Virus record (IMG/VR): IMGVR_UViG_3300029653_000083 | Location: 10,236-74,235 of that record | Strand: one strand, 5' to 3' | Origin: a virus | Lineage: Duplodnaviria > Heunggongvirae > Uroviricota > Caudoviricetes | Length of the DNA stretch: 64,000 nucleotides | Part shown: positions 9,613 to 20,100 of the stretch, piece by piece | Layout: the number at the start of each line of letters is the position of its first letter | How positions within the stretch are numbered: the first letter of the stretch is position 1 | The notes under the pieces: model-generated | Seen by the model: the letters and a program-made list of their open reading frames with translations, nothing else | Told to the model about the DNA's origin: nothing | Database searches by the model: none | Program-made: the position numbers and the translations under genes

Positions 9613-10167
9613 TTAGTCCTTGTCCAGTTGCCACACGTCGGCCAGCATGTGCAATGCGGTCTGACGGCGCGTCTCATACGGACTGCCAAGCTTCTCACAC
9701 AGCAGCCATCCTTTGAACACGGACACCGGGTCGCGTTCGGGGTATTTGTTGAAGTACTCGCAAACATGCATGTACCGTTCGGCCATATCATCGGTGTCCT
9801 TCGCCATCTGTTCGTCGCCAATCGTGTTCCGCCACCATTCAGCGGTCTTGTCGAACTGGTCTTTCAGCCACATGAGCCGGTCGGTGCGCGGCATGGGCGC
9901 GGCCAGCAGACGGGCCAGTTCTGCCAATGCCTGTTCCTCACCCATGTCGGACGTATTGAGGACGGTGTTATCCTCGGCTAGCTCGTACTGCGTGCGGACG
10001 ATGCGGATAGTGTCGCGGTCGGGAAGGTTGACGGTAATCTCGTATCGTGCTTGGGGGTCGTACGCGGTGATGCGTCCGAATTGGCGGTCGTTGACCACAT
10101 GCCAGTCCGGCAGTGTGTGTGCAACGGTGTTGAGGCCGTTACGTGTTTTCATTTTTGTCAGTTCCAT
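9613..10167 (-). CDS. Hypothetical protein
   Basis: 184-aa ORF in operon. Confidence 0.6.
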   Translation of the reverse strand: MELTKMKTRNGLNTVAHTLPDWHVVNDRQFGRITAYDPQARYEITVNLPDRDTIRIVRTQYELAEDNTVLNTSDMGEEQALAELARLLAAPMPRTDRLMWLKDQFDKTAEWWRNTIGDEQMAKDTDDMAERYMHVCEYFNKYPERDPVSVFKGWLLCEKLGSPYETRRQTALHMLADVWQLDKD

Positions 10168-10502
10168 TCCTTCGGGGCGACGACAATCCAGCCGTTTGAC
10201 AGCGGGTATACTTCGCAGGGTTCGTCCGAGTCCAAATCGTCGTCCAACGGGTTCCAGTCTTCGAGACCGTCGTGGGCGATTTCGTCGTTGAGTGCCCCGC
10301 TGTGGATGCGTTCGGTTTCGACGTGGACATCCTCTGAGGGGAGGAATAGGAACGAGAATGGTTCGAGCATTGGTTCGAAAAGATACGGCAGTCCGTCCTT
10401 GGCTCCCCAGTTGGCGACCATGTTCATGTGTCGTCCGTCATCCGTTTCCACGAGGATTATTCCCGATTCCTATCCAGTGAGGTCGTGCAGGTTGATGGTC
10501 AT
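10158..10502 (-). pseudogene. Acidic hypothetical protein with in-frame amber at codon 11
   Basis: AAGGAG SD and ATG 10502: MTINLHDLTG*ESGIILVETDDGRHMN...; TAG at 10470-10472; consensus promoter directly upstream. Confidence 0.6.
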
Positions 10503-10527
10503 GTTTTTCTCCTTGGATTTAACTTTT

Positions 10528-10571
10528 TGTGCGAACAACTCCAGTATAACCCACAAAAACAGGATTGTCAA
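10528..10571 (-). promoter_or_regulatory. Sigma70-type promoter TTGACA-17-TATACT followed by conserved GGAGTTGTTCGCACA element
   Basis: Minus-strand TTGACA 10571-10566, 17-nt spacer, TATACT 10548-10543. Confidence 0.8.
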
Positions 10572-10665
10572 ACGGAAAGACAAGCAAGGTTCCCCACCCT
10601 AGAAAATGACGAAAACAAAAAAGGGAACTTGTACGTTTCCTGTACAAGTTCCCTCAATTAGGAAA

Positions 10666-11241
10666 TCAATCCCAGTTGCACATGAAGTAGCCATTGGGGT
10701 CGATACCATCGACAAGATGGGCAGTGGCGCAATCATTCACGGTGAACATAGGGCGGGGCTTCACGTCATAATCACCCCTGATGCGTTTGTTTTTCAACTC
10801 CTCCCCCACGAAGCAGTTCTTGACGGGAACCACACGCCCACCCTGCGGGGAGCAGGTGGCACCATCCACGACCTTGTAGGCGAGCTTGCGGACGTTGACG
10901 CTTTTGCCGGTCTTGCTGACCTTGGTTACTTGATAGAAGTCCACGAGGGTCATGCTGTAACCCCAAGAGCTGACAAAGATGTCCCCCACATGCACTTCCA
11001 CGTCGGTGGTGGAGGTCTGTGGCTTGCGGCGTTCCTCTTCGGTGCCGTTGATGCGGAAGTTCTCACGAGTGAGCCAAGGGTAGGTCTTGATGGCCTTGTC
11101 GATGAAGTTCTCGACGCCCTTCATGGTTCGCCAGTGCTTGCGTCCGCTGAGGTAATTGCGGCTAGTGATGTTGAGGAAGTCGTTGGTGACGTCCACCCAA
11201 CGATTGGTGTGTTTGCTGATTTGGACTTCAAGGCTGAGCAT
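10666..11241 (-). CDS. Hypothetical phage-like protein, paralogue of 12734-13261
   Basis: AAGGAG SD, start MLSLEVQ; VGDIFVSSWGYSMTLVDFYQVTKVS domain. Confidence 0.7.
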   Translation of the reverse strand: MLSLEVQISKHTNRWVDVTNDFLNITSRNYLSGRKHWRTMKGVENFIDKAIKTYPWLTRENFRINGTEEERRKPQTSTTDVEVHVGDIFVSSWGYSMTLVDFYQVTKVSKTGKSVNVRKLAYKVVDGATCSPQGGRVVPVKNCFVGEELKNKRIRGDYDVKPRPMFTVNDCATAHLVDGIDPNGYFMCNWD

Positions 11242-11281
11242 TTTTGTCTCCTTTATGTGTGGTGGGTTTTCAACCCCTGTT

Positions 11282-11325
11282 TGTGTGAACAATTCCAGTA
11301 TAAGCTATGTTTAAACAAAAGTCAA
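11282..11325 (-). promoter_or_regulatory. Promoter TTGACT-17-TATACT plus GGAATTGTTCACACA element
   Basis: TGTGTGAACAATTCCAGTATA at 11282-11302; AGTCAA at 11320-11325. Confidence 0.8.
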
Positions 11326-11381
11326 CCCAGAAAAACAGGGGCACAGTTCACCCAAGCAGACCATGACCCAGAGCCTAAAAC

Positions 11382-11693
11382 TCACCGACCAGCCAAGGCG
11401 ATGGAACGAACCATGGAGTCCAGACTTTCGCCTCCCAACGATTTGGTCACATAGTAGCTGTCGTTGTCGAGGTCAAGCCAATAGACGACCTCGTTCTTGT
11501 CCTTATGGTACTCAGAGAAGATATAGCGTTCATCCGGCTCGCTTTTTGGAGACGATTCCTTATGCTCGTCGTAGACGTGCTTCCAGTGCTCTTTCGTCAG
11601 CTTATTATGTCGAATACACAGCAGAGCGGTGTCATCATCGCTCCAGAATTCCAGTTCGACATCAAACGGCTGGATGGTGTCGCTGATATTCAT
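11382..11693 (-). CDS. Hypothetical protein (start MNISDT)
   Basis: AAGGAG SD; motif promoter at 11732-11752. Confidence 0.65.
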   Translation of the reverse strand: MNISDTIQPFDVELEFWSDDDTALLCIRHNKLTKEHWKHVYDEHKESSPKSEPDERYIFSEYHKDKNEVVYWLDLDNDSYYVTKSLGGESLDSMVRSIALAGR

Positions 11694-11819
11694 AGGGGTT
11701 CTCCTTTTTTGCTTGGCTTGTTCGGCCTTTTTGTGTGAACAATTCCAGTATACCACATGATTGGATGAAAAACAAAGGCGACCAGTCCTAAAAGACCGTC
11801 ACCCTAAAAAGCCTCTCAA

Positions 11820-12401
11820 TCAGTCATGAAAATCGACAAACCAGACACGAGCGGAAGAATCATTCCCCAGCCTCTCAAACAGAGCATCCCTTGACACGGG
11901 GAACCACACCCCACCTTCGTAACCGTCATTGTCGCAGACAACGCTCACATTGCAGTCCAACAGCTCTCTGACCTCGGAATCACCGTCGCTGTAACGTTCT
12001 TTGAGTTCGCCGCAGGTGATTCCCTGAAGCCCGTCTACCATTTCCTCCCAACGACCGCCGAACTCATACCAGTCGTAGAACGAATCGTCGTTGAAAGTAG
12101 ATACCACATCGCCGTCTTCGTTCAGACTGTACCCACAGTATTCGGCATAGGCTTCGAGCGCTTCTTCATCATTCAATGCCAGTCGGCGTTCCGCTTTCCC
12201 GAAGGCTTCGCTCGTTCTGTCGTGCTGGTTTTCGCCCTCGCGTTCAATTAGACGCCTGTCGTTCTCTCGATTGTCCTTCAGGAATTCGTCCCGCGTGTAG
12301 AGGACGTATTCCTCGACTTCCTCGTATTCGCTGTATGGGTCGATGATGGCTTCGGCTTCGCTGGTGTTGTTGCCTCCGATGACTGCGCCTAGGAAGTGCA
12401 T
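11820..12401 (-). CDS. Acidic phage-like hypothetical protein (DWYEFGGRW motif)
   Basis: AAGGAG SD, start MHFLGAVIG; motif promoter at 12444-12464. Confidence 0.7.
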   Translation of the reverse strand: MHFLGAVIGGNNTSEAEAIIDPYSEYEEVEEYVLYTRDEFLKDNRENDRRLIEREGENQHDRTSEAFGKAERRLALNDEEALEAYAEYCGYSLNEDGDVVSTFNDDSFYDWYEFGGRWEEMVDGLQGITCGELKERYSDGDSEVRELLDCNVSVVCDNDGYEGGVWFPVSRDALFERLGNDSSARVWFVDFHD

Positions 12402-12682
12402 TTTTTCTCCTTGTTTTTTGGTGGGGTCGTCAAACCTTTTGTTTGTGTGAACAATTCCAGTATACATCATAGAAAAGGAAAACGCGCCAGCATAACAAAA
12501 GAGATAGAAAGGCATGATTGCCGCCATTGTTAAAAGCCGTCGGGAACGGTTTCCATGCTTTCGGGAAAAACGTTTGTGTTTCCGTTCGTTCTGACGTGGT
12601 TGCCACGGTATCGTGGTTCAGAAAAAATGTATGGTAGCACCCAAAAAGACAAGGTTTTCAGATAGCTTTCCCCAAAACAACA

Positions 12683-12728
12683 AAAAAGCCGGAAGCTTGA
12701 GGTTTTTTCCTTTGGCTTCCGGCTTTTT
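12683..12728. terminator. Rho-independent terminator (bidirectional type)
   Basis: AAAAAGCCGGAAGC...GCTTCCGGCTTTTT stem just after stop of 12734-13261. Confidence 0.75.
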
Positions 12729-12733
12729 CTGTT

Positions 12734-13261
12734 TTAGTCGTTGTGGTCTTCCATTGACCCGTAGACTGCTTCTTTCATATCCATTGGGTGCGCGTATTCG
12801 TAGGTGCTGATTTTCACGTAGGGTTCGCCGTCATTGTCTACGAGGACGCGATGGCTGTCAGGTTTGCCCGCGAACCGGTTTTCGCTGGTCACGTCGGGGT
12901 AGACGGTGCATCCGGCGATGTCGTTGGGGCTTCCATCATAATTCTTGCGGAGTGGGCGGATTTGCACGGTCTTGCCACTGGGGCTGACCTTGACCACTTC
13001 GTAGTAGCTGTTGAGAATCATGTCGTAGCCGTAGACGGAGTGGAGCACGTCTCCCACTTTGAGGGGTCCCACCGCCTTGGTGTTGTCCTTGCGGGATTCT
13101 TCGCCTTTGATTTTGAAGTCTTCGAGCGTGTAACCGTTATAATCCATGACTTTTTGGCGGAAGTTTTCAAGCCCACGCATGGTCTTCCAAGTACGACGGT
13201 AGGTGCCTTGGTAGGTGCGTTCGCCTTGGCTGTTCTTAGTCCAAAGTTCAAGGCTGAGCAT
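12734..13261 (-). CDS. Hypothetical phage-like protein, paralogue of 10666-11241
   Basis: MLSLELW...WKTMRGLENF...VGDVLHSVYGYDMILNSYYEVVKVSPSGK; motif promoter at 13294-13314. Confidence 0.7.
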   Translation of the reverse strand: MLSLELWTKNSQGERTYQGTYRRTWKTMRGLENFRQKVMDYNGYTLEDFKIKGEESRKDNTKAVGPLKVGDVLHSVYGYDMILNSYYEVVKVSPSGKTVQIRPLRKNYDGSPNDIAGCTVYPDVTSENRFAGKPDSHRVLVDNDGEPYVKISTYEYAHPMDMKEAVYGSMEDHND

Positions 13262-13380
13262 TTTGGTTCTCCTTTTTGTTTGCAGTCTTCGCTTGTGTGA
13301 ACAATTCCAGTATACCTCATGCGAGAACAGCCAAAAAACGGTGAGTCGGAACTTTTCAATTATGATTCAGCCACAAGGGT

Positions 13381-13731
13381 TTAGAAATCTTTTCTTCTCG
13401 CCCTCAAATAGGACTTAATCGTTTTACGGGGTACTTCTCTGTTAGAAAACAGCACGTCGTGACTGTTAAGTCTGACTAACACCAAAGAGACCACATCGTT
13501 GTCCACGTAGTAAATCAGTAATAGGTCTGATTCCACGTGCAATTCGCGGAAACCTTTCCAATCACCGGTCAGCTCGTGGTCGGAATACTTGGTTTTGAGT
13601 AGGTCAACATCGTTTTCGATAAGAGCTTGAAGAGGTTCGCGAATCTTGTTAATGTCGTAATGCTTCTTTTTCAGCCGTTTGATGTCATTGTCGAACGGCT
13701 GAATGGTTTCCAACGTTCGTTTACAAAGCAT
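13381..13731 (-). CDS. yafQ: RelE-superfamily YafQ-like mRNA interferase toxin
   Basis: YSDHELTGDWKGFRELHVESDLLLIY...LVRLNSH. Confidence 0.85.
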   Translation of the reverse strand: MLCKRTLETIQPFDNDIKRLKKKHYDINKIREPLQALIENDVDLLKTKYSDHELTGDWKGFRELHVESDLLLIYYVDNDVVSLVLVRLNSHDVLFSNREVPRKTIKSYLRARRKDF

Positions 13732-14011
13732 TGAGATAATCCATCATGTCGTTTACGTTTTGGGAAGAGTGGGTGTACTCATGATTCAACGCCTGACGGC
13801 GAGCCTCCTCATTGCGCAATGCTTCCACTTCGCATTCAAGCTCACGGAAATGCCTGTAATCATGCTCGTTCAGTATGAAATAGGTTGGCCGATTGTTTTT
13901 CATGACTGTGACCGGAGAATCGTCTGCCACTTTTGAAAACTCCGCGCTTGCGGTTCCTCTTCCAAAACGACTGATGGGAACCATTGTCTCCACCGGTATT
14001 GTCAACTGCAT
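13721..14011 (-). CDS. Phd/YefM-family antitoxin
   Basis: MVPISRF..G.AS..F..V.....VTVMKNNRP; GGAGG SD; overlaps toxin start. Confidence 0.8.
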   Translation of the reverse strand: MQLTIPVETMVPISRFGRGTASAEFSKVADDSPVTVMKNNRPTYFILNEHDYRHFRELECEVEALRNEEARRQALNHEYTHSSQNVNDMMDYLNAL

Positions 14012-14144
14012 TTTTCCTCCCTTATGTTTGCATGTAAAAATACATGCTATCACATGAGGTGGCTAAAAATCTCAGCAAAAACAAAAAGGCTGGACGGGGA
14101 GCCGTAATGTTCCCTATCCAGCCTTTTCACTTATCTGCCGTAAC

Positions 14145-17100
14145 CTACTTCTTGTGGCGTGCGGTCACGGTCGTGTTTCCGCGACAGTGGGCGAGCATCA
14201 ATCCCATTCCCACGAGTGTGAACAGAATGACCGTCATGATAGGCGTGTTCACACCGGTTTGGGCGAGTTGGCGAATCGTCTTCACGATGGCCGGTGTCGC
14301 CGGTGGAATGTACGAGTTGGTGAACTCAGGTTGGGTTCCAGTGGTTGTGACCATGCTGGGGGTTGTGGTCGGATTGTTCTCATCCTCACCGGCATCCCCG
14401 TCGGTCTTGTCGGCCTTAGCGGTCGGCATGACGGGCATGGTGCTGGAATCCTTCGCCGTATCGTCCGTCGGGTCGTATTGGACTTTGGCGGTCAGGTTGC
14501 CTTGCAGGTTGTCGCTTACGGTGACGGTCACGTGATGTTCCGTCTTGTCGTAGGTGACGTTCTTCTCGCCGGTGTTCTTCTCGCGAATCACATACCGGTA
14601 TTCACCGCAATCATCCACTCCATCATTGTCTCTACCGTAGGTGAGCGGCTTGAACTGGATGTTGCCCTGCTTGTCGTTCTTCTCACTGTCGATGACATTG
14701 CCCTTGTCGTCCACAAGTTCGAACTCGAATTCGTAGGCTTGCAGTTCACGTCCGGTCAGATTCTTCTTGGCCGACAGTTCGACCAACACGTCTTCCGGCT
14801 GGTACGTGTTCTGGAAGAGGATGCTCTTTTCGCTGGCTTTGCCGTTGGAGTAGGCGACGCTGGCGGCGAGCTTGTGGCTCTTCGTGTCCTCGGTGACGGT
14901 GATGGTGACGGTGTGGCTGGTGGTGTCGTAGGCGACGCCGCCCAATGTTCCGTCCTGTTCGTCAACCGTGTACGTGTACACGCCGGTCTTGTCGAACGTG
15001 AGCTTGTCGAATTCGAGGGTCCCGTCGCCTTCGCGTGCAGTTACCTTGTCGGATTGCGCGTCGCGTGGAACGCGGGCGAACTGTTTGGCTTGGAGCAGGT
15101 TGCCGTTGGAATCCTTCAATTCGGCGGAGAATTCGTTGTCGTTCAGGTCACGTCCGGTCAGATGTTTGGCCGCTTCGAGTCGCACGCTGACCGGTGTCGG
15201 AGTATACGTGTTGTCAAATCGGATGTCATTGGTCTGACGGTCGGCGGTGGCAGCGAGCATGCCGTCTTGGTCGGTGACGGTGACGGTCACATCGTATTCC
15301 TGAGTGGAGTAGCCGATGGTCTTGTCCGTTCCGGCGAGTTCCTTCACGTGATACGTGTATACGCCGGGCATGGTGTAGACCATTTGACCGAATGTGAAAC
15401 CGCTTCCCTTGTTGGACACGGTTTGCGTTCCGTTTTGGCTTCCGACTGGCATTGGCATGTCGTTCATGCTGATGGCGTTGCCGTCCGCGTCGCGTGCGGA
15501 TACCGCGTTCAACTGGAACTTGAATTCACCGTCCTGCGGAACGCGGCTGGTTGCCGTATCCGTGTTGACGATGTTTTTCACGCCGCTGATAGAGTATCCG
15601 ACGTTCTTCGGACTGTAATGGTTGGTGAACGTGATGTTCTTGCCGTTAGCGCCGGTGGTCGGGGTGACGGTCTTGGATACGACGGTCAGCTTGCCCGTAT
15701 GGTCAACATCCTTGACCACGTAGGTGATGGTCGCAACCGTCCCGTCCTTCGTGACGCCCGGAACGGTCGTATCCTGCTCCGACATGGTGAACACGTAGGT
15801 GCCTACGAGCGGGAACGACAGTTGGTCGAATCGGATGTTGCCCTGCCGGTCGTTCCGTTTCGTCTGGTCGGCGTTCGACACGTTGGCGGGCGCGGACTGT
15901 TGTTGGAGCGTGAATGCGAAGTCTTCGCCCTTGAGCGTGTACTTGTTGCCCTTGGGGGAGGTCATCTTCTTCACTGCGGTCGGATTGTCCGTGGCGGGTT
16001 GGGCATGGTACGTGTTGGTGAATTCCGGAATGTTGGTTCCGTTATCATACTTCACGTCGGCCAACAGTTGGCCTTCGCCATTGTCGGTGACGGTGACTTT
16101 CACATGATGTTTCGTAGCATCATAGGTGACGCCGCCCCTGTCGCCGTGGACTTCGCTGAGCGTGTAGTCGTACACTCCCGTCTTCTTGTAGGAGATGGTG
16201 TCGAACAGGATGTTGCCCTGCTGGTCGTTGGTTTTCACCGTTCCAGCCTGACCGCCTGTCTTGTCCTCGACGCATTTGAACTCGTATTGTCCGGCTTGCA
16301 GTTGGATGCCTGTATGGTCGGGGTCGTTGAGGGTCTTGTGCGCACGGAATTGTACGCTGACCGGCTTCGCCTGATACGTGTTCGTGAACGTGGTCGGATA
16401 GGCCGCGTTCGTTCTGGTTTGGGCTTTCAACTGTCCGGTCAAATCGTCGGTGACGGTGATTTGCCACATTCCCATGTGGGAATCGTAGTTGACGCCGCCC
16501 GCCGACTGGCGGACTTCACGCACCGTGTAGGTGAACGTGCGGGTTTTGGCACCGTTCAACTGTTGGGCGGTGAACGTCAACGGTTGGAAGCTGATGTTTC
16601 CGTTCTGGTCGGCGTTCACGGTTTGCAACGGCTTGCCTACCGCCTGCTCGTTGTCGAACAGTTGGAATTGGAAGTCGGTGAGTTTCGCATGGCTGGCGTT
16701 CTTGTTGTCGAACGTCTTGTGTGCGGTGAGGCTCACGGTCACGTCCTTCGGCTGATACGTGTTGTGGAAGACCGGGGTCTTGTTCGTATTGTCGTAAGAG
16801 GTGGAGGTTTTCAACTGTCCGTAACCGTTGTCGGTGACGTTGACGTGCATGGCGTGGACGGTCTGGTCGTAGGTGATGCCTTTGAACTGTCCCGTCTTTT
16901 CCACGATACGGTAATCGTGTTCACCTACCGTATTGTAGGCGAGCTTGTCGAAGGTTACGGTTCCGTCCGCATTGTTGGTCTTGGATTGGATGGTCTTGCC
17001 ATTCTTGTCCTGCAATTCGAATGTGAACTCGTTGGCGTTCAACAGGCGGAGCGTGTGCTTCGGATTGTCGATTACCTTGCTGGCTTTCGGCGTGACGGAC

Positions 17101-20100
17101 ACAGGCTGGCTGGAATACGAGTTGACGAACTGGCCGTTGTCAATGGTCTTGCCATTCTTCATGGAGATGGCCGGATTGATGAGCGAGGCTTTCAACTGTC
17201 CACTGTTATCGTCGGTGACGGTCACAGTCCATACGGCGTAATGGTCGTCATATTTGACGCCCGCCGCACCCGTGTTGCGTTCACGAACCGAATAAGAGAA
17301 GGTGTCCTTGTCTTTGCCGTTCAGCTTCGCCTTGGTGAACAGGAGCGGAGAGAACTCCACTTTGCCGTCCGCGCTGGCGTTCACGGTTTGGATAGGAGTT
17401 CCGGTCGCCTTGTCGTTCGCATACAGGTCGAATTGGAAGTCGGTAATCTTGGTGGCCGACTGGTCTGCGTTCGTGAACAGTTTGCTTGCCACGATACGGG
17501 CTTGCGTATCCTTCGGAGCATACGTGTTCGTGAACTGGACGGTGTCGGATTGAATTCCATTATTGGACACGTTGGCCGTGACATGACGGTCGAACGTGTT
17601 CAAATCGTCGGTGACGGTGACGGTCAGTATCCAAACACGGTCATCATACGTGACTCCAGCATTGTCTCCCTTGCGTTCCTTCACCTCATACTGGTAAGTG
17701 CCTTCCTGAGTGAACGCGCCGGTGTTAATTCTGACTGTCTGGGTCTTGTTGTCGGTGAACGCGATGGAGGATGGCACCGCGCTCTTCGGAGCATTGTTCA
17801 ACGGGGTGATGTCCGCGACATACTTGTCTTTTTCAGTCCAAGCGCCGTTCGGACGACCGTTCAACACTTTGACCGCTTTGACGGCGACCGGAACCGTGGG
17901 CATGACCATGCCGTAAATGCCGTGGTCTTCGTTCAGGTCTTCGTAGATGGCGGCAGTCATCTTGTTCAATGCGGGGAAATCCTTTAATGGGATTACTCCG
18001 GCAATCATGTTGCCGTCCGCATCATCCTCCTCATCACTATCGGAATCGGTCGCCTCGCTGGCGTCCTTCGCGTTTTTGACGGTCGTATGATGCCCGTGCC
18101 ATGTAATGCCGGTTTTCGGCGTGAACCTGAGCTTGTAGCCGCTACCGGCTGGAATGGAACCTATCTCGTAGCGTCCGTTCTTGTCGGTCAGAGTGGCGCA
18201 GGGTTTGCCGTCCACACTGGTGACGGTCTTACCCTTCTTGTCCAAGAGGGTCACGGTCACGTCGGAGAGAAGACGGTCCGAATCCTGTCGGATGCCATCA
18301 TGATTGACGTCGAACCATGCGACACCGTTGACCTTGCGCTCGACTATCTGGGTCAGGGCGTCAACCTTGTTGTCACCGTCAGCCCACCGGTTCATGTACA
18401 CGTCGCCCGCACTATTATTGGTGGGTTTGATGCCCAGTGTGAAGTCGTAGCGGGCGTTGGCGGGAAGGCTGGGCGACGTGAACGCCCATGCCACCGGCTG
18501 GTCACAGCCGTCGGGGATGACGACCTTGCCGGTCGTCGCATCCACTTTCGCTTCCGTCCACTGTTCGACCTGTTCGCGGGTTATCTTCGTCGCATCCACG
18601 TTCCGCCACTTCGGGTCGGTGGTGAAGTAGACTTTGACGCCGCTCATGCTCGCGCCCGCACCGGCCTTGACCGACAGTCCTGTCAATGTGTATTCGCCGT
18701 GATAGTCGGACTGTCCCAACCCCTTGTAGGGCATGATGTCAACCGCATACGGGGCGGGTTTCGCGTCACGGCTGAAGTTGCCCAGCATATTCACGAATCC
18801 AAGATTCGACTGGGTCTCGTTCAACAGGGTCTTCGCACGGGTCGCAAGACTGGACGCGTGCGTACGCGACACGCGGATGGTGTAGGCGGCGGTCTGACCG
18901 TAGGCGGCGGACGGGGTGCCCATCCACCGTTTCGACCTGATTTCCGTGTTCACCGTATACTGCTGGTTGTTCTTCGCGTCCGTCTCCGGGTCGGACGGCT
19001 CTCCGATGGTGGTGGAGAATCTGACGAGCGTGTCCGTCCCGTCCGCCTTCACTCCGTTGACCGTGTACTCCAATGTGGTTGTTCCGTCCTTGTTTGGGGT
19101 GACGGTCGGCGTGACGGGCGTGCCGCCGGTGACAACGCCCTGCGTTTGTCCTGAATCAGTGTCCTTGTATTCTCCGCCCACGGTCGATGAGCCGTCCGTG
19201 TAGGTCAGACCCTTGGGCAGTGTGACCTTGATGTGGTAGTCGGTCAGATAGTCGCCGCCGGTGCTGCTGTCGCCGGTCTTGGCGGTCGCGTTTATCACCC
19301 AGTCGGCGTGACGCTGTTCCTTGTCCAAATCGTAGATGGTCTTCGACACGGTGTTGGCCGTGTCTTTCTGGCTGGTGTGGATGCCGATTGCCGGACGTTC
19401 GCCCACGACGTACAGGGTGTCGCCCTTGTTGTTTCCGCCGGTGTCGCCGCCCTGATATACGCCGTCGTCGCTGAACGTGGCCTTCAGATAGGTTTTGCCG
19501 TCGTAGTGGAGGCTGGGCTTGCCTAGTTGTTTGACGAGGCTCGTGTAGTCGTCGCCGGTGATGGAGCGCGCGTATGCCGTCCACGTGGTCAAATCGTCCT
19601 CAATGTCGAGGTTGGCTTTCTTGGCGAGGTCGTTGCGTGTCCAGTAGTCAACCTGTCCGGTGGTCTGCGCCGTCCTGCCTGCGGTCTTGTCGTTGACCTG
19701 CATGGGGAGCGTGGCGCCGACGCTGATACGTGAATCGTATGACGTGTTGGCGGTATCCCATACGCGTGTGTCGATTATCTGCGCGGCGAGTACTTTGCCA
19801 TGCTTGGCAGCCTGAGCGTATGTCGGATACCAGTCGAAATCATCATAGTCGGCCTTGGCTTGCGCGGTGTCGGTGGAGAAGTTGACGCCGTTGGGCAATA
19901 CGCCCCATATGACGGGTTCCATGCCGTCATTGGTGCGGGTGTCCGACCACCAGAAGCGCGCGCCCCACGTGCTGTAGCTGTCGTGGACGGTGTATGGTTG
20001 GTCGGGATTGTCGCTTGCGGACAACGGGGTGAGGATGTCGGGGTCCCATTTGACCAAGTGGACGCCGAGCACCCTGCCGTTGCCGGTCGAATTCAGTTTG

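Noticed and set aside
6274..10472. Amber stop-codon reassignment
   Set aside because: TAG is the normal terminator of clear genes (adhesin, tnpA, tnpB) and no suppressor tRNA is seen; two cases fit nonsense mutations better
10528..13314. 21-bp repeats as a CRISPR array or integron attC sites
   Set aside because: Spacing is 450-850 nt with whole genes in between, the repeats are not palindromic, there is no cas or integrase gene, and they contain a -10 box
6650..13314. Prophage
   Set aside because: Small genes look phage-like, but no capsid, terminase, portal or tail genes appear; plasmid rep and conjugation genes dominate
14400..17900. Recurrent GTCGGTGACGGTGA motifs as recombination or shufflon sites
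   Set aside because: They encode the VTVTD strand of each pilin-like repeat, and no invertase or inverted copies were seen
14154..17987. 1277-aa plus-strand ORF and other long antisense ORFs (e.g. 26511-28160, 32306-33658, 49843-51171)
   Set aside because: Shadow frames opposite well-supported genes; GC-rich codon bias removes antisense stops and the products are V/G/R-rich with no motifs
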